Shown here: piece by piece, positions 36,884 to 46,919 of the stretch | Position numbering within the stretch: the stretch's first letter is position 1 | Layout: each line of letters begins with the position of its first letter | NCBI GenBank assembly: GCA_964404235.1 | Contig: CAYOJL010000002.1 | Span: 1-58,060 of the forward strand | Origin: an uncultured bacterium | GTDB taxonomy: Bacteria; Fidelibacterota; Marinisomatia; Marinisomatales; UBA1611 | Reading direction: 5' to 3' | Length of the DNA stretch: 58,060 nt | Made by a program: the position numbers and the translations under genes | The notes under the pieces: model-generated | The model's input: the letters and a program-made list of their open reading frames with translations, nothing else | Databases searched by the model: none | What the model was told of the DNA's origin: nothing

Positions 36884-37963
36884 TCAATATTCTTCTATTG
36901 CATCTACCAGTCGTAAAGAGGCACTACCATCATTATTATATAAGTATTGGTGACATGCATTTTTTCTATTGTCTGACATCTCATCTATATTATCTAAAGC
37001 ATAGTACACTCTACTCATTAGATTCTCTGGATCAAAGATCTTATAGGTAAAATCAATATTCTCTTGTCTTTTTATATCCATTTTTTTCCAAAAACGCCGG
37101 CTTAATATTCTATGTTTTAATTTCAATGAATAACATTCAGCTTGAATAATTGGTCTATTCAAAGGCAAGTACTCAAACATAGTTGATGAAATATCAGTAA
37201 TTAATATATCTGCAATCAAATAATAAGGGATTATATCGAATGCTTCATTAGGTAATAGATATATATCTTTATTGTCCCTAGATAATTCAGTACATAAGAG
37301 ATTTTGATAATGATATTTTTTTTGTTCCCAACTAAATGCATGAAGCTTTATTATAATATTATGGTCTTGGGAAAGATCGCTTAAGAACGGACTGATCTTT
37401 TCAATTGATGTAGGATAAAAACTAGGAGCATATAATACTGTTTTTTTATTAGAGTTTAATTCAAGGTCTTGCTCAATGATCTTGGTACTCTCATTAGCAA
37501 TATTATGCAATCGATCCAATTTAGTAAACCCAGTTAAAACTAGATTTTTATGTCCATGTCCTTTTAGCTCATTTATTCTATCTAAGGATTCAACTGCTCT
37601 TATATTTATACGATCGTCAATATCAGTATAATAAGACTGTTTTAAACCTATTCCGTGATATACCATAACTGCAATCGCTTCAGGTAATATGATTTTATGT
37701 AACTGACCTACATTGCCAACTATTATTATATCATACGCTTCTTTTAAAATTTTATTAATACGATTCTGTTCACTTTTTGAGGTAATAAATGAAATATTAA
37801 TTCTATTACATAGGTCTTCTAATATATGTTGTTGGATTAGAGATAAACGCCGGGGCATAGATACATGTATAATATAATTTTGGCGTTTTTTCAATTCTTG
37901 GAGAACTGGTAAAAAATTTGGCCAGTAGTATAAATGATGGGTTTCGAAAAGTACTTTTTTCAA
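36884..37963 (-). CDS. TagF-like CDP-alcohol phosphotransferase (Glyphos_transf family), paralog 1
   Basis: 359 aa with KTVLYAPSFYP, IIIKLHAFSW and ITDISSTMFEYLPLNRPII motifs. Confidence 0.75.
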   Translation of the reverse strand: MKKVLFETHHLYYWPNFLPVLQELKKRQNYIIHVSMPRRLSLIQQHILEDLCNRINISFITSKSEQNRINKILKEAYDIIIVGNVGQLHKIILPEAIAVMVYHGIGLKQSYYTDIDDRINIRAVESLDRINELKGHGHKNLVLTGFTKLDRLHNIANESTKIIEQDLELNSNKKTVLYAPSFYPTSIEKISPFLSDLSQDHNIIIKLHAFSWEQKKYHYQNLLCTELSRDNKDIYLLPNEAFDIIPYYLIADILITDISSTMFEYLPLNRPIIQAECYSLKLKHRILSRRFWKKMDIKRQENIDFTYKIFDPENLMSRVYYALDNIDEMSDNRKNACHQYLYNNDGSASLRLVDAIEEY

Positions 37964-37966
37964 AAT

Positions 37967-39094
37967 TTAATTTTCTTTAAGCCTAGATAGAATCTCATCT
38001 CTGGCTCGTACTGCTGCGAGGCCATCAAGCTTAAAAAGCATCTTTTCCTTATACTGTTTCATTGCTGATAATTTTGTTTTTGTATTATTCAAGGCATAGC
38101 CAATTATTTTTGGCAAATCTTCTGGATTATTTGCTTCAAAACAAAAATCTGATATATCCTTTTCCATCGCTTGATTCAATCTCCTTTTATAGAGCCGTCT
38201 TCTAAAAATACGATGAGATAATCTTAATTTAAAAAATCGATTAACCACCACAGGCTTTTCTAATGCTAACATCTCATAAATTGTACTGCTTGCTTCTGTT
38301 AAAAGCAGATCTGAAATCTCATAAAATGGAGTAATATTATAGAACTCTGGAGGAATAAGATGGATATGATCATATTTGTCTACAAGGTCGGAAAATAATT
38401 TTCTTTGTGCACTATGATCAATATCAGCAAATCTTTGTTTGAAGGTTGTCCAAAGATGTGGTTTGATCAACAAATTATAATCCTTAGTATACTCACCCAA
38501 TCTAATCCCTATTGGCTCAGCTGAACTTGGATAGAAAGTAGGAGCAAATAGTATGGTTTTTTTATTTGGGTCTATACTGAATTTCTTTTTTAAAGCTCTA
38601 ACACCTATTGCATTATTCTGGAATAATTCATCTAATTTTATAAAGCCAGTAAGTGCTAGATCTGTTTTAACCCCTTTATCTCTCAGCTGATCTATCCTAT
38701 AAGGCCCTTCTACAAATCTTATATCTAGCCTTTCGTGATTATCTAACCAATAAGAGGGTTTAATACCTATTCCATGATATATCATTGCAACTAATGTTTT
38801 ATCTTTAACAAAGTTTTCTATATCATAACGAGACCAACCACATATGAATACATCAAGATCTAACGCCTTTATTTTATCTTGACGGTCCTTCTCTGTTTCT
38901 CCAGAAATAAATTCTCCAGGTTTATTTATTAAAACTGATCTAGAAAGCTCATATTCCTCTTTTTTTATTTCCCTTGATGTTGAATGATAAATATCAAACC
39001 TATCATCATTACCCAATAGATTAATTAGTGGTTCAAATTGAGGAAGGTGATATAAGTGATAACTGTCAAAAAGAATTGAATATTTTTTACCCAT
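37967..39094 (-). CDS. TagF-like CDP-alcohol phosphotransferase (Glyphos_transf family), paralog 2
   Basis: 375 aa with KTILFAPTFYP, LLIKPHLWTT and LTEASSTIYEMLALEKPVV. It is collinear with paralog 1. Confidence 0.75.
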   Translation of the reverse strand: MGKKYSILFDSYHLYHLPQFEPLINLLGNDDRFDIYHSTSREIKKEEYELSRSVLINKPGEFISGETEKDRQDKIKALDLDVFICGWSRYDIENFVKDKTLVAMIYHGIGIKPSYWLDNHERLDIRFVEGPYRIDQLRDKGVKTDLALTGFIKLDELFQNNAIGVRALKKKFSIDPNKKTILFAPTFYPSSAEPIGIRLGEYTKDYNLLIKPHLWTTFKQRFADIDHSAQRKLFSDLVDKYDHIHLIPPEFYNITPFYEISDLLLTEASSTIYEMLALEKPVVVNRFFKLRLSHRIFRRRLYKRRLNQAMEKDISDFCFEANNPEDLPKIIGYALNNTKTKLSAMKQYKEKMLFKLDGLAAVRARDEILSRLKEN

Positions 39095-39129
39095 TTTATT
39101 AATAATTAACTAGTAGGATCAATTAATAA

Positions 39130-40962
39130 TCAGCTTTCAAATTGAATATTGTAAAGGTTGTAATAAAAACCATTTAAATTGTAAAGCTCTTCATGAGTAC
39201 CTGATTCAACTATTGCCCCATTATCCAATACAATTATACTATCTGCATTTTTCACTGTAGATAACCGATGTGCTATTACAAGTACTGTTCTATTTTCCAT
39301 CAAATTATCCAAAGCATTCTGGACCAATCTTTCAGACTTGGTATCCAAAGCAGAAGTTGCCTCATCTAAAAGTAGTAGCGATGGATTCTTATAAATTGCT
39401 CTAGCAATAGCGATCCTCTGCTGTTGCCCACCAGATAGCTTAACACCTCTCTCGCCAACTAATGTTTCATATTTATCTTCTAGAGTGTTTATAAATTCAA
39501 CGACATTTGCTCCTTCCGCTGCTTCAACCAACTTTTTTTCATCAAGATCACTGCCATAAGCAATGTTTTCTCGAATAGATGTATTTAAAAGAATCGTCTC
39601 CTGGGTCACGATACCCATCATGCGTCTTAATGATCTAAGATTATATTCTTTAATATTTTTCCCATCTACAATAATAGCACCATCAGATATATCAAAGAAT
39701 CGAGGTATTAGATCAGCTATGGTAGATTTACCGGAACCACTTGCACCAACTAGAGCAACTGTTTCCCCTTGTGGTATTTCAAAACTGATTTTGGCTAATT
39801 CAAATGATCCTTCACCATAATTAAAACTTACATTATCGAATTTTACTCCTTCATTTAATAGTTCGATCTCATGATTACCTGAATCGGTGACATCGCTTTT
39901 TTCATCTAGAATATCAAAAATACGCTCAGCTGATGCATATCCATTCTGGAGTGTAATATGGACATTACTCAAAGAACGAATCGGCCCCAGCATAGAGAAT
40001 AGTAAAAACATAAACCGTAAAAAGTCTTCAGATGAAAGTGTTGAACCGATAATCACTTCAGATCCTCCAAGCCATAATAGTAAAACAGCCATAGATACAC
40101 CGATAGTCTCTATAATAGGTGATGAGGTTAATCGTAATTTTGCAGAACGAAATAATAAACCAAAATATTTCCAAGATTCATTATTAAACCTATTAATCTC
40201 ATGATCTTCCATTGCAAATGCTTTTACAATTCTGGTTGAGGAAAGATTTTCAGTTATAATACTTAAAATACCACCTATCTGTTTCGTATTTCGCCTAGCT
40301 TTACGCCTTATACTCTGGCCAATATATTGTATAACAATTTGAGAGAATGGAATAATTAATAAAGCAACCAACATTAGCTTCCAGCTTATAATAAATAACA
40401 AGGTACTAAATGCTAAAATATTAATAGGCTCCACTATGATCTTTTGAAAAGTGGTACCAATCGATTGGTTAAGCATACTAACATCATGTATTATTATTGA
40501 AGATAGGTCACCAGATTTTCTTTTATAAAAAAACGAAAGCGAAAGTAATTGCAAATGTGCGTAGATACGATTTCTTAATTGTGTTACGATCCTTAATTGG
40601 ACAAATGACATTGATAGGTTTTTTAGATAAAGAAAGATATTCTTTAGTATGAAGATCAATACAATAGAAAAACAAAGTACTCGCAAGGTCTCGATATTTG
40701 TATCACGTAAAATAAATTCATTTACCAATATCTTCATTTTTTCATTAATGGTAGGAAACTCTTTTGCCAATAATTGTTTCTGATTCTGGACTAATTTATT
40801 AAAATCAATCAGTACATTATTTACTAGCGATGCTGTTAACCATATTGAGATAGCATTAAAAACAACATAAAAGAGTCCATTTACTATTGAAACGATCATA
40901 AAGAACCATTCAGGTTTAATGAATTCAATTATTCTTTTTATATTAACTTTTTGTTTATTCAT
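39130..40962 (-). CDS. ABC exporter, fused permease-ATPase, MsbA-like
   Basis: Six-TM domain plus Walker A GASGSGKST, signature LSGGQQQR and Walker B LLLLDEATSALD. The start is set at the ATG that forms an ATGA overlap with the GNAT stop; the track start is 40980. Confidence 0.9.
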   Translation of the reverse strand: MNKQKVNIKRIIEFIKPEWFFMIVSIVNGLFYVVFNAISIWLTASLVNNVLIDFNKLVQNQKQLLAKEFPTINEKMKILVNEFILRDTNIETLRVLCFSIVLIFILKNIFLYLKNLSMSFVQLRIVTQLRNRIYAHLQLLSLSFFYKRKSGDLSSIIIHDVSMLNQSIGTTFQKIIVEPINILAFSTLLFIISWKLMLVALLIIPFSQIVIQYIGQSIRRKARRNTKQIGGILSIITENLSSTRIVKAFAMEDHEINRFNNESWKYFGLLFRSAKLRLTSSPIIETIGVSMAVLLLWLGGSEVIIGSTLSSEDFLRFMFLLFSMLGPIRSLSNVHITLQNGYASAERIFDILDEKSDVTDSGNHEIELLNEGVKFDNVSFNYGEGSFELAKISFEIPQGETVALVGASGSGKSTIADLIPRFFDISDGAIIVDGKNIKEYNLRSLRRMMGIVTQETILLNTSIRENIAYGSDLDEKKLVEAAEGANVVEFINTLEDKYETLVGERGVKLSGGQQQRIAIARAIYKNPSLLLLDEATSALDTKSERLVQNALDNLMENRTVLVIAHRLSTVKNADSIIVLDNGAIVESGTHEELYNLNGFYYNLYNIQFES

Positions 40963-41378
40963 GTTTTTATCATCTTCCAATGAGGAATATCAGCCTCAAA
41001 GAATCGTTCTCCGATCTTTTTAAATCCGAGTGGAGTATAAAATTCCACTACTGATTCTTGTGCATGAAGATAGATTTCATCATCACGATGGAGTGTATTA
41101 AGCATGAATTTAACCAATGCTTTTCCAATTCCAAGGTTCCTATAAGGTCTAAGCACTGCAAACCGTTCTAACTTTATTCCATAACTAGTACTTTGATAGC
41201 GTGCAGTGCCTACATACCCATCATTAAGTGAAGCAAAAAAGTTAGTTGCATCTATTCTATCGTCATCCATCTCAATAGCTTCAGATATACCCTGTTCTTC
41301 TATAAAGACCTTTCTTCTTATAGAAAGACAGATCTGATGCTCTTTCTTAGAGACAACACGCATTATTTTTATGCTCAT
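40959..41378 (-). CDS. GNAT-family N-acetyltransferase
   Basis: 139 aa with acetyl-CoA motif LRPYRNLGIGKALV. Confidence 0.85.
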   Translation of the reverse strand: MSIKIMRVVSKKEHQICLSIRRKVFIEEQGISEAIEMDDDRIDATNFFASLNDGYVGTARYQSTSYGIKLERFAVLRPYRNLGIGKALVKFMLNTLHRDDEIYLHAQESVVEFYTPLGFKKIGERFFEADIPHWKMIKT

Positions 41379-41462
41379 AACTTAAATTTCAGCTATCATT
41401 CTAAAAAATCATATAAAAAAGATTATTTAAAAATGGTAAGTCAATAAAAAGTAAATTTATCA

Positions 41463-42593
41463 ATGAAGACCGCAGGAATATACATTCACATTCCTTTTTG
41501 CGCTGTTAAATGTATGTATTGTGATTTTTACTCTGTCACAGATCGAGAAAGCACTATTCCACAATTCGTTAAGGCAATTTCTTGGGAGATTGAAAACTGT
41601 TTGATAGATGTGTCTGATTGGGAATTTGATACCATCTTTATAGGTGGTGGAACGCCAAGTCTATTGAAAGCAAGTCACATAGATACTATTCTATCCTGTT
41701 TAAATAAAAAATATAACCTTACAAATGTAAAAGAATTCACCATAGAAGCTAATCCAGGAGAAGCACCAAAAGATCGATTAAAAGACTTTAATAGTATGGG
41801 TATTAACCGAATCTCCATTGGTGTCCAATCTTTTCAACCACAGCTCTTAAAATTTCTTACCCGAGCACACAATAAAGAACAAATATTTGAAACATATAAT
41901 AATGTTCGATCATCAGGTTTTGAAAATGTGAACTGTGATCTAATATATTCTATTCCAAATCAAACATGGAAGATGTGGGAGCAAGATCTAAAAACTATCA
42001 TTAAAATGGAACCTGAGCATATTTCAGCCTATACCTTAACTGTAGAAAAAGGGACTGAACTTTTTTCAATGGTCTATAATAATACAATATCAATGCCTAG
42101 TGATGAACAAGAAAGCAATTGGTTTTTAAAAACTCATGATATTTTATCAATCAATGGTTATCAACCATATGAGGTATCTAACTTTTCAAAAACAGGTTTT
42201 GAATGTAGGCATAATCTTCATTACTGGGACATAGATCCATACCTCGCTTTTGGCCCTTCTGCTCACGGATTTGATGGCATTCATCGTTGGAATAATGCAC
42301 GCTCTATAGATCAGTATATGGAACGTATTAAAGCTGAAAAATCACCAATATCAAAGAGTGAAAAAATAAAATTATTTGACTATTTAAATGAATTGATCGG
42401 TTTTGGATTAAGAATGAGAAAAGGAATTAATATAAATATGATACCAAATGATCAGAAAAAAGAATTTGAAAATAAAATCATAGTAGCTAAACAAAGGTAT
42501 CAAGATTGTTTTCAACATGCTAACGGCATTTTTTCTTTGACTAAAAAGGGGATGCTTTATTCAGACAAAATAATTCCTGAACTACTTTTCTAA
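41463..42593 (+). CDS. hemW: Radical-SAM heme chaperone HemW (oxygen-independent coproporphyrinogen oxidase-like)
   Basis: 376 aa with IHIPFCAVKCMYCDF (CxxxCxxC), GGGTPS and a HemN_C-like tail. Confidence 0.9.
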   Translation: MKTAGIYIHIPFCAVKCMYCDFYSVTDRESTIPQFVKAISWEIENCLIDVSDWEFDTIFIGGGTPSLLKASHIDTILSCLNKKYNLTNVKEFTIEANPGEAPKDRLKDFNSMGINRISIGVQSFQPQLLKFLTRAHNKEQIFETYNNVRSSGFENVNCDLIYSIPNQTWKMWEQDLKTIIKMEPEHISAYTLTVEKGTELFSMVYNNTISMPSDEQESNWFLKTHDILSINGYQPYEVSNFSKTGFECRHNLHYWDIDPYLAFGPSAHGFDGIHRWNNARSIDQYMERIKAEKSPISKSEKIKLFDYLNELIGFGLRMRKGININMIPNDQKKEFENKIIVAKQRYQDCFQHANGIFSLTKKGMLYSDKIIPELLF

Positions 42594-42600
42594 TATATGA

Positions 42601-43392
42601 TTAATTGTAGATGATAAATGTTATATAGACCAATATTATAATAATTGATAATATATAAATCATTGATCTGATCGTCAGGTTAAACCTTAGTATATGAAAT
42701 ATAGCAGCTATGCCATCTTTCCATGTTATCTTTTTACCATCTCCGTAGGTACGCCCATAATATGAAATTGGTAATTCGTAAATACGGAGTTTAGCCTTAG
42801 ATATTTTTGCAGTGAATTCCGGTTCAAACCCAAATCTGTTAGATTTCAAATCAAATTCATCCAATATTTCTCTCCTGAACATTTTATAACAGGTCTCCAT
42901 ATCTGTTAGGTTGAGATTTGAAAACATATTAGACATTAGAGTGAGCATTTTATTGCCCATGTAGTGCCAAAAGTATAATACACGATGTGTACCACCAATA
43001 AAACGACTTCCATAAACCACATCTGCATTACCATCAATGATAGGTTTTATTAAGCGTTCATATTCACTAGGGTCATATTCTAGATCTGCATCTTGGATAA
43101 CAATAACATCACAAGTTGCTAATTTAAATCCTGCCCTAAGAGATGCACCCTTACCCATATTTTTTTTATTTTGAGAAAACAGTATATTTAAATGAGGCTT
43201 ATCTTTTAAAATATTATCAATAGTATCTTTTATTATTGGGATACTATTATCCTCTGAACAATCATCAATAATAACAATCTCATTCACAATTTTTAAATTT
43301 GAAACAGCATGAAGAACCGTCTTAATCGTTTGCTGTTCATTATATACTGGGATGACAACAGATAGTGATAGCGTTTGATTATTTTTTATCAT
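42601..43392 (-). CDS. GT2 polyprenol-phosphate glycosyltransferase (ArnC/DPM1-like) with C-terminal TM anchor
   Basis: 263 aa with VVIPVYNE, DDCSEDNS and the QDADLEYDP DxD motif. The tail is hydrophobic. Confidence 0.85.
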   Translation of the reverse strand: MIKNNQTLSLSVVIPVYNEQQTIKTVLHAVSNLKIVNEIVIIDDCSEDNSIPIIKDTIDNILKDKPHLNILFSQNKKNMGKGASLRAGFKLATCDVIVIQDADLEYDPSEYERLIKPIIDGNADVVYGSRFIGGTHRVLYFWHYMGNKMLTLMSNMFSNLNLTDMETCYKMFRREILDEFDLKSNRFGFEPEFTAKISKAKLRIYELPISYYGRTYGDGKKITWKDGIAAIFHILRFNLTIRSMIYILSIIIILVYITFIIYN

Positions 43393-43422
43393 ATGATTAA
43401 TTATTATCGATAATTATTTAAA

Positions 43423-45027
43423 TCATGTACATCTTAGCAGATATTTATTTTTTAAACTTTTTGAGCGAGTATTTGGATTCAAAAATTTCATTGTTATTTT
43501 ACTAACTCGTGTATGCTTAAAGGTGTTCAATATATTAACACGTTTATTGAGTTTTAATAACTCATTATATCCTTTTTCATCTGTATAAATCAGCATTGAG
43601 TCTTGGAAACTAAGACTATTAAAGTATGTATGGTCAATATATTCTATATCTGCATCTAAATAATAATTAAAAGATCTACTTTTTTCTTTTTCATTTTCGT
43701 TATATAGGTAGATACTATCATAATTAAGATCTTGTTCTAAAATATATTTAGCAGCCTGAAAAGGTGCCTGGTAGTCTAATATTTGTTTTATGATGCCCAG
43801 ATTGAGTCCGTAATTAAATAGTATCGTTGCGGCAATTGTAGGTATGAATAACCTAGTAAGTACTTCACTTGAGGTGTTTAAATGAAATCTTATAAAACCG
43901 ACTATTATCAATAGAGGTATTATAAAAAAAATAATATTTGTAGAAAACGAGTATATAATGATTCCATATACAAAAGTAAGCATAAAAACTGAAACCCCAG
44001 TCTGAATAAAATATATTATCTTATATTTTTCATGCCATTGCTCAATTTTTGATGCTATAAGAATCGATGCAAATGGGACAACACAATATATGTAATGAGG
44101 GAGTTTATAATTTGATAATGAAAGCATAATCAATGGTATGATAAATCCAAAATAAGAAATTGTCTCTACGTTCGATGCCCGGCTATGGATATTAAAAAAA
44201 TTCCTTGTACGTTCAACAAAAGCCCATAGAAAAAGCAATGTCCATGGAAGAAATGCATAAAGAAAAACATTTAATAAATAGAAAGGACTAGTATTGTTAT
44301 TCCAGTTACTCTCTCCTGTTATACGACCGAAACTTTGTGTCCAGTAGAAGAATTCTAGACCATATATACCAAACTGAGTAAAAAGTCCATAGGACATTGG
44401 AAGTAGGAATAATAAAATAACTATCAAGCCTAGAATAAGGTTCCTATCAAAAATTTGATGAATATTATTTCTTAATATTAAATCTATACTAATCACTATA
44501 GCCGGTATAACTAGGCCAATTGGTCCCTTTCCCATCATAGCAAATGAAATTGCAATTGATCCTAAAATAAGATTTTTTAATTGATGATATTTAAAATACG
44601 ATGATAACTGCCATATCCCTGCCATCATAGGTGCAATCATGTAAATATCTGTTCGGACATCAGAATTCATAATAAAAAAAGCTTCACATGACGCAAGGAT
44701 CAGTGCTGCCATTTTTGCTGTATTTCTAGAATAGAAAAGTAAGGAAAATTGGAATGTAGAATAAATCGTAAATAACGAAAAAATAAGTGAAGGTAGTCTA
44801 TAAACAAAATCAGAAACACCAAAAGTCTTAAAGAATAATGCTGTCATCCAAAAGATCAGTGGTGGTTTATCCAAATATGCATTTCCATTATCAAATAGGT
44901 GAAGAATATTGTCACCTCTCAATAATTCTCGACTCATTGATGCATATTGCATAGCATCAATTTCCATTATTGGATTGAACATCCCAAAAAGATAGCTACA
45001 TACAACAAAAACGATCAAATAAGACAA
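43423..45027 (-). CDS. ArnT/PMT_2-like (GT39/GT83-type) polytopic glycosyltransferase
   Basis: 534 aa with about 12 TM segments. The first-loop acidic motif is EIDAMQYA, and YLDKPPLIFW is present. It has a TTG start 9 nt after the xth stop and a short first TM. Confidence 0.75.
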   Translation of the reverse strand: MSYLIVFVVCSYLFGMFNPIMEIDAMQYASMSRELLRGDNILHLFDNGNAYLDKPPLIFWMTALFFKTFGVSDFVYRLPSLIFSLFTIYSTFQFSLLFYSRNTAKMAALILASCEAFFIMNSDVRTDIYMIAPMMAGIWQLSSYFKYHQLKNLILGSIAISFAMMGKGPIGLVIPAIVISIDLILRNNIHQIFDRNLILGLIVILLFLLPMSYGLFTQFGIYGLEFFYWTQSFGRITGESNWNNNTSPFYLLNVFLYAFLPWTLLFLWAFVERTRNFFNIHSRASNVETISYFGFIIPLIMLSLSNYKLPHYIYCVVPFASILIASKIEQWHEKYKIIYFIQTGVSVFMLTFVYGIIIYSFSTNIIFFIIPLLIIVGFIRFHLNTSSEVLTRLFIPTIAATILFNYGLNLGIIKQILDYQAPFQAAKYILEQDLNYDSIYLYNENEKEKSRSFNYYLDADIEYIDHTYFNSLSFQDSMLIYTDEKGYNELLKLNKRVNILNTFKHTRVSKITMKFLNPNTRSKSLKNKYLLRCT

Positions 45028-45036
45028 ATTATAAAA

Positions 45037-45801
45037 CTAAATATCAAGTGTTAGAGAAACCGGACAATGGTCTGAGCCTAATATATCATGATGTATATCT
45101 GCATCACTGCAAAAGTCTACCATATTCTTATTTATAAAAAAATAATCTATTCTCCAGCCTACATTCCTTTCCCTGGCTCCAAATCGATAGGTCCACCAAG
45201 AATATCTTTCTGGTTCATTATGAAATAACCTAAAAGTATCTACCCAACCATCTGAAACATAAATATCTAGTTTCTCTCTCTCAATTGGCATAAAACCTGA
45301 TGTATTAATATTCTCCTTTGGACGGGCAAGATCAATAGGATGATGAGCAGTATTCCAATCTCCAGTTACTATGACATTATTTCCTGATTCTACCTGCTCA
45401 TTTATAATTGGCAATAGGTCATCATAAAAATCTAATTTGTATTGTAAGCGTACTTCATCTTTTTGGCCATTGGGGAAATATATATTATATAATAAAAAAT
45501 TCTCATGCTCAGTAATTAGAACACGTCCTTCGTTATCATATTTTTCTATTCCTAATCCTTCCTGCACGTATAGGGGCTCTTCTTTACAAAATGTTGCGAC
45601 ACCACTATAACCTTTTTTTATTCCAGAATGCCAATAAGTATGATATCCATGATCCTCAAGGATGCCAGATGAAAGCTGTTCCTTATGCGCTTTAGATTCC
45701 TGAATACAAAGTATATCAGGCTGTTCAGACTCTAGATAATCTAGAAACCCTTTTTTTACAGCAGCCCTAATTCCATTTACATTCCAAGAAATAAGTTTCA
45801 T
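45037..45801 (-). CDS. xth: Exodeoxyribonuclease III
   Basis: 254 aa with MKLISWNVNGIRA, QESK, GDWN and SDHCPV motifs. Confidence 0.95.
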   Translation of the reverse strand: MKLISWNVNGIRAAVKKGFLDYLESEQPDILCIQESKAHKEQLSSGILEDHGYHTYWHSGIKKGYSGVATFCKEEPLYVQEGLGIEKYDNEGRVLITEHENFLLYNIYFPNGQKDEVRLQYKLDFYDDLLPIINEQVESGNNVIVTGDWNTAHHPIDLARPKENINTSGFMPIEREKLDIYVSDGWVDTFRLFHNEPERYSWWTYRFGARERNVGWRIDYFFINKNMVDFCSDADIHHDILGSDHCPVSLTLDI

Positions 45802-45935
45802 ACAATAATACCTAATAATTGATTGAGTTTACTAGGAAGAAAGCATCACTAACAATTCATCTTATAGTTTTAATTTATTATCCTAGTAATTGAAGTATCT
45901 ATTTTTTTTCTAGTACCTTTTATTTAGAATTAGCA

Positions 45936-46406
45936 ATGGCACAAAAACGAAAAGGAATTACCAAGCCAAGGCATCAACCATTCTTATTAGAATATAGTTT
46001 TGAAATAAAAGTAGTTATACTATTTGCATTGGGGATTTTTTTGCTTGTAGAAGAACTCGAAATCAAAAATTATATATATTCTTTTATAAAACTAATATTT
46101 TTTTCAATTGGCAGTGGAATTGAATGGTCTAGAGATAGTCTTCTATTTCTAATTAAAAAATTTGAAGTATCAGATATAGTTGGTATTAGCCTCATATTGT
46201 ATGTTATATATCTTATCGCAGATCGATGGAGAGAAAGAATGATTTATCGGTTCTCAAAATTATCAAACTGCCCTGAATGTGGGGGAGACTTAAATAGGAT
46301 ACGAAAAAATTGGAATCATAAAATAATGGGATTTGTTTATTGGAGTAATGTAAAACACTACCATTGTAAGTTATGCCCATATAAAGGAATCAAATTAAGT
46401 AAATAA
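45936..46406 (+). CDS. Membrane protein with C-terminal CxxC...CxxC zinc ribbon
   Basis: 156 aa with three hydrophobic segments, then CPECGG-x27-CKLCP. Confidence 0.6.
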   Translation: MAQKRKGITKPRHQPFLLEYSFEIKVVILFALGIFLLVEELEIKNYIYSFIKLIFFSIGSGIEWSRDSLLFLIKKFEVSDIVGISLILYVIYLIADRWRERMIYRFSKLSNCPECGGDLNRIRKNWNHKIMGFVYWSNVKHYHCKLCPYKGIKLSK

Positions 46407-46424
46407 TCAAAGAAAGAGAGTAAA

Positions 46425-46739
46425 ATGGATTTAAAACAACAAATAATAAATGATATAAATGAAAACCCGATCATCCTTTATATGAAAGGTACAAAAGATA
46501 TGCCTATGTGTGGATTTTCAAATTCAGTAGTGCAAGTTCTAAATCACTACGGTGTTGATTATAAGGATGTGAATGTATTAGAGGATCCTTCAATAAGAAT
46601 TAAATTAAGCGAACATTCTAACTGGCCTACTATTCCACAATTATTTGTTAAAGGACAACTAATTGGCGGTGCAGATATCACTATGGAACTGCATCAAAAT
46701 GGTCAATTACTTGATATTCTAGACACCTCAGAAAAATAA
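46425..46739 (+). CDS. grxD: Monothiol glutaredoxin (Grx4 family)
   Basis: 104 aa with CGFS active site (MPMCGFSN), WPTIPQLF and GGADI. Confidence 0.95.
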   Translation: MDLKQQIINDINENPIILYMKGTKDMPMCGFSNSVVQVLNHYGVDYKDVNVLEDPSIRIKLSEHSNWPTIPQLFVKGQLIGGADITMELHQNGQLLDILDTSEK

Positions 46740-46824
46740 AAAAAGTCATAAAAAATGGGTTGGTGAAGTCTTTTCTTAAATAATAAATTTCTCGCCATAT
46801 ATTTTATAATTGAATTATGATTTT

Positions 46825-46896
46825 GGCCCGTTCGTCTAGTGGTTAGGACTCCAGGTTTTCATCCTGGCAACAGGAGTTCGATTCTCCTACGGGCTA
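46825..46896 (+). tRNA. tRNA-Glu (anticodon TTC)
   Basis: 72-nt cloverleaf. Acceptor GGCCCGT/ACGGGCT, anticodon stem CCAGG/CCTGG with loop TTTTCAT, T arm AGGAG-TTCGATT-CTCCT. Confidence 0.95.
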
Positions 46897-46919
46897 CTTT
46901 TCTTCTAGAATTTATTTTA

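Noticed and set aside
45829-45889. 9-bp inverted repeat ttactagga ... tcctagtaa separated by 43 nt in the xth / 45936 divergent promoter region
   Set aside because: The spacer is long and AT-rich, so neither a stable hairpin nor a typical operator geometry is evident. It could be chance in AT-rich DNA.
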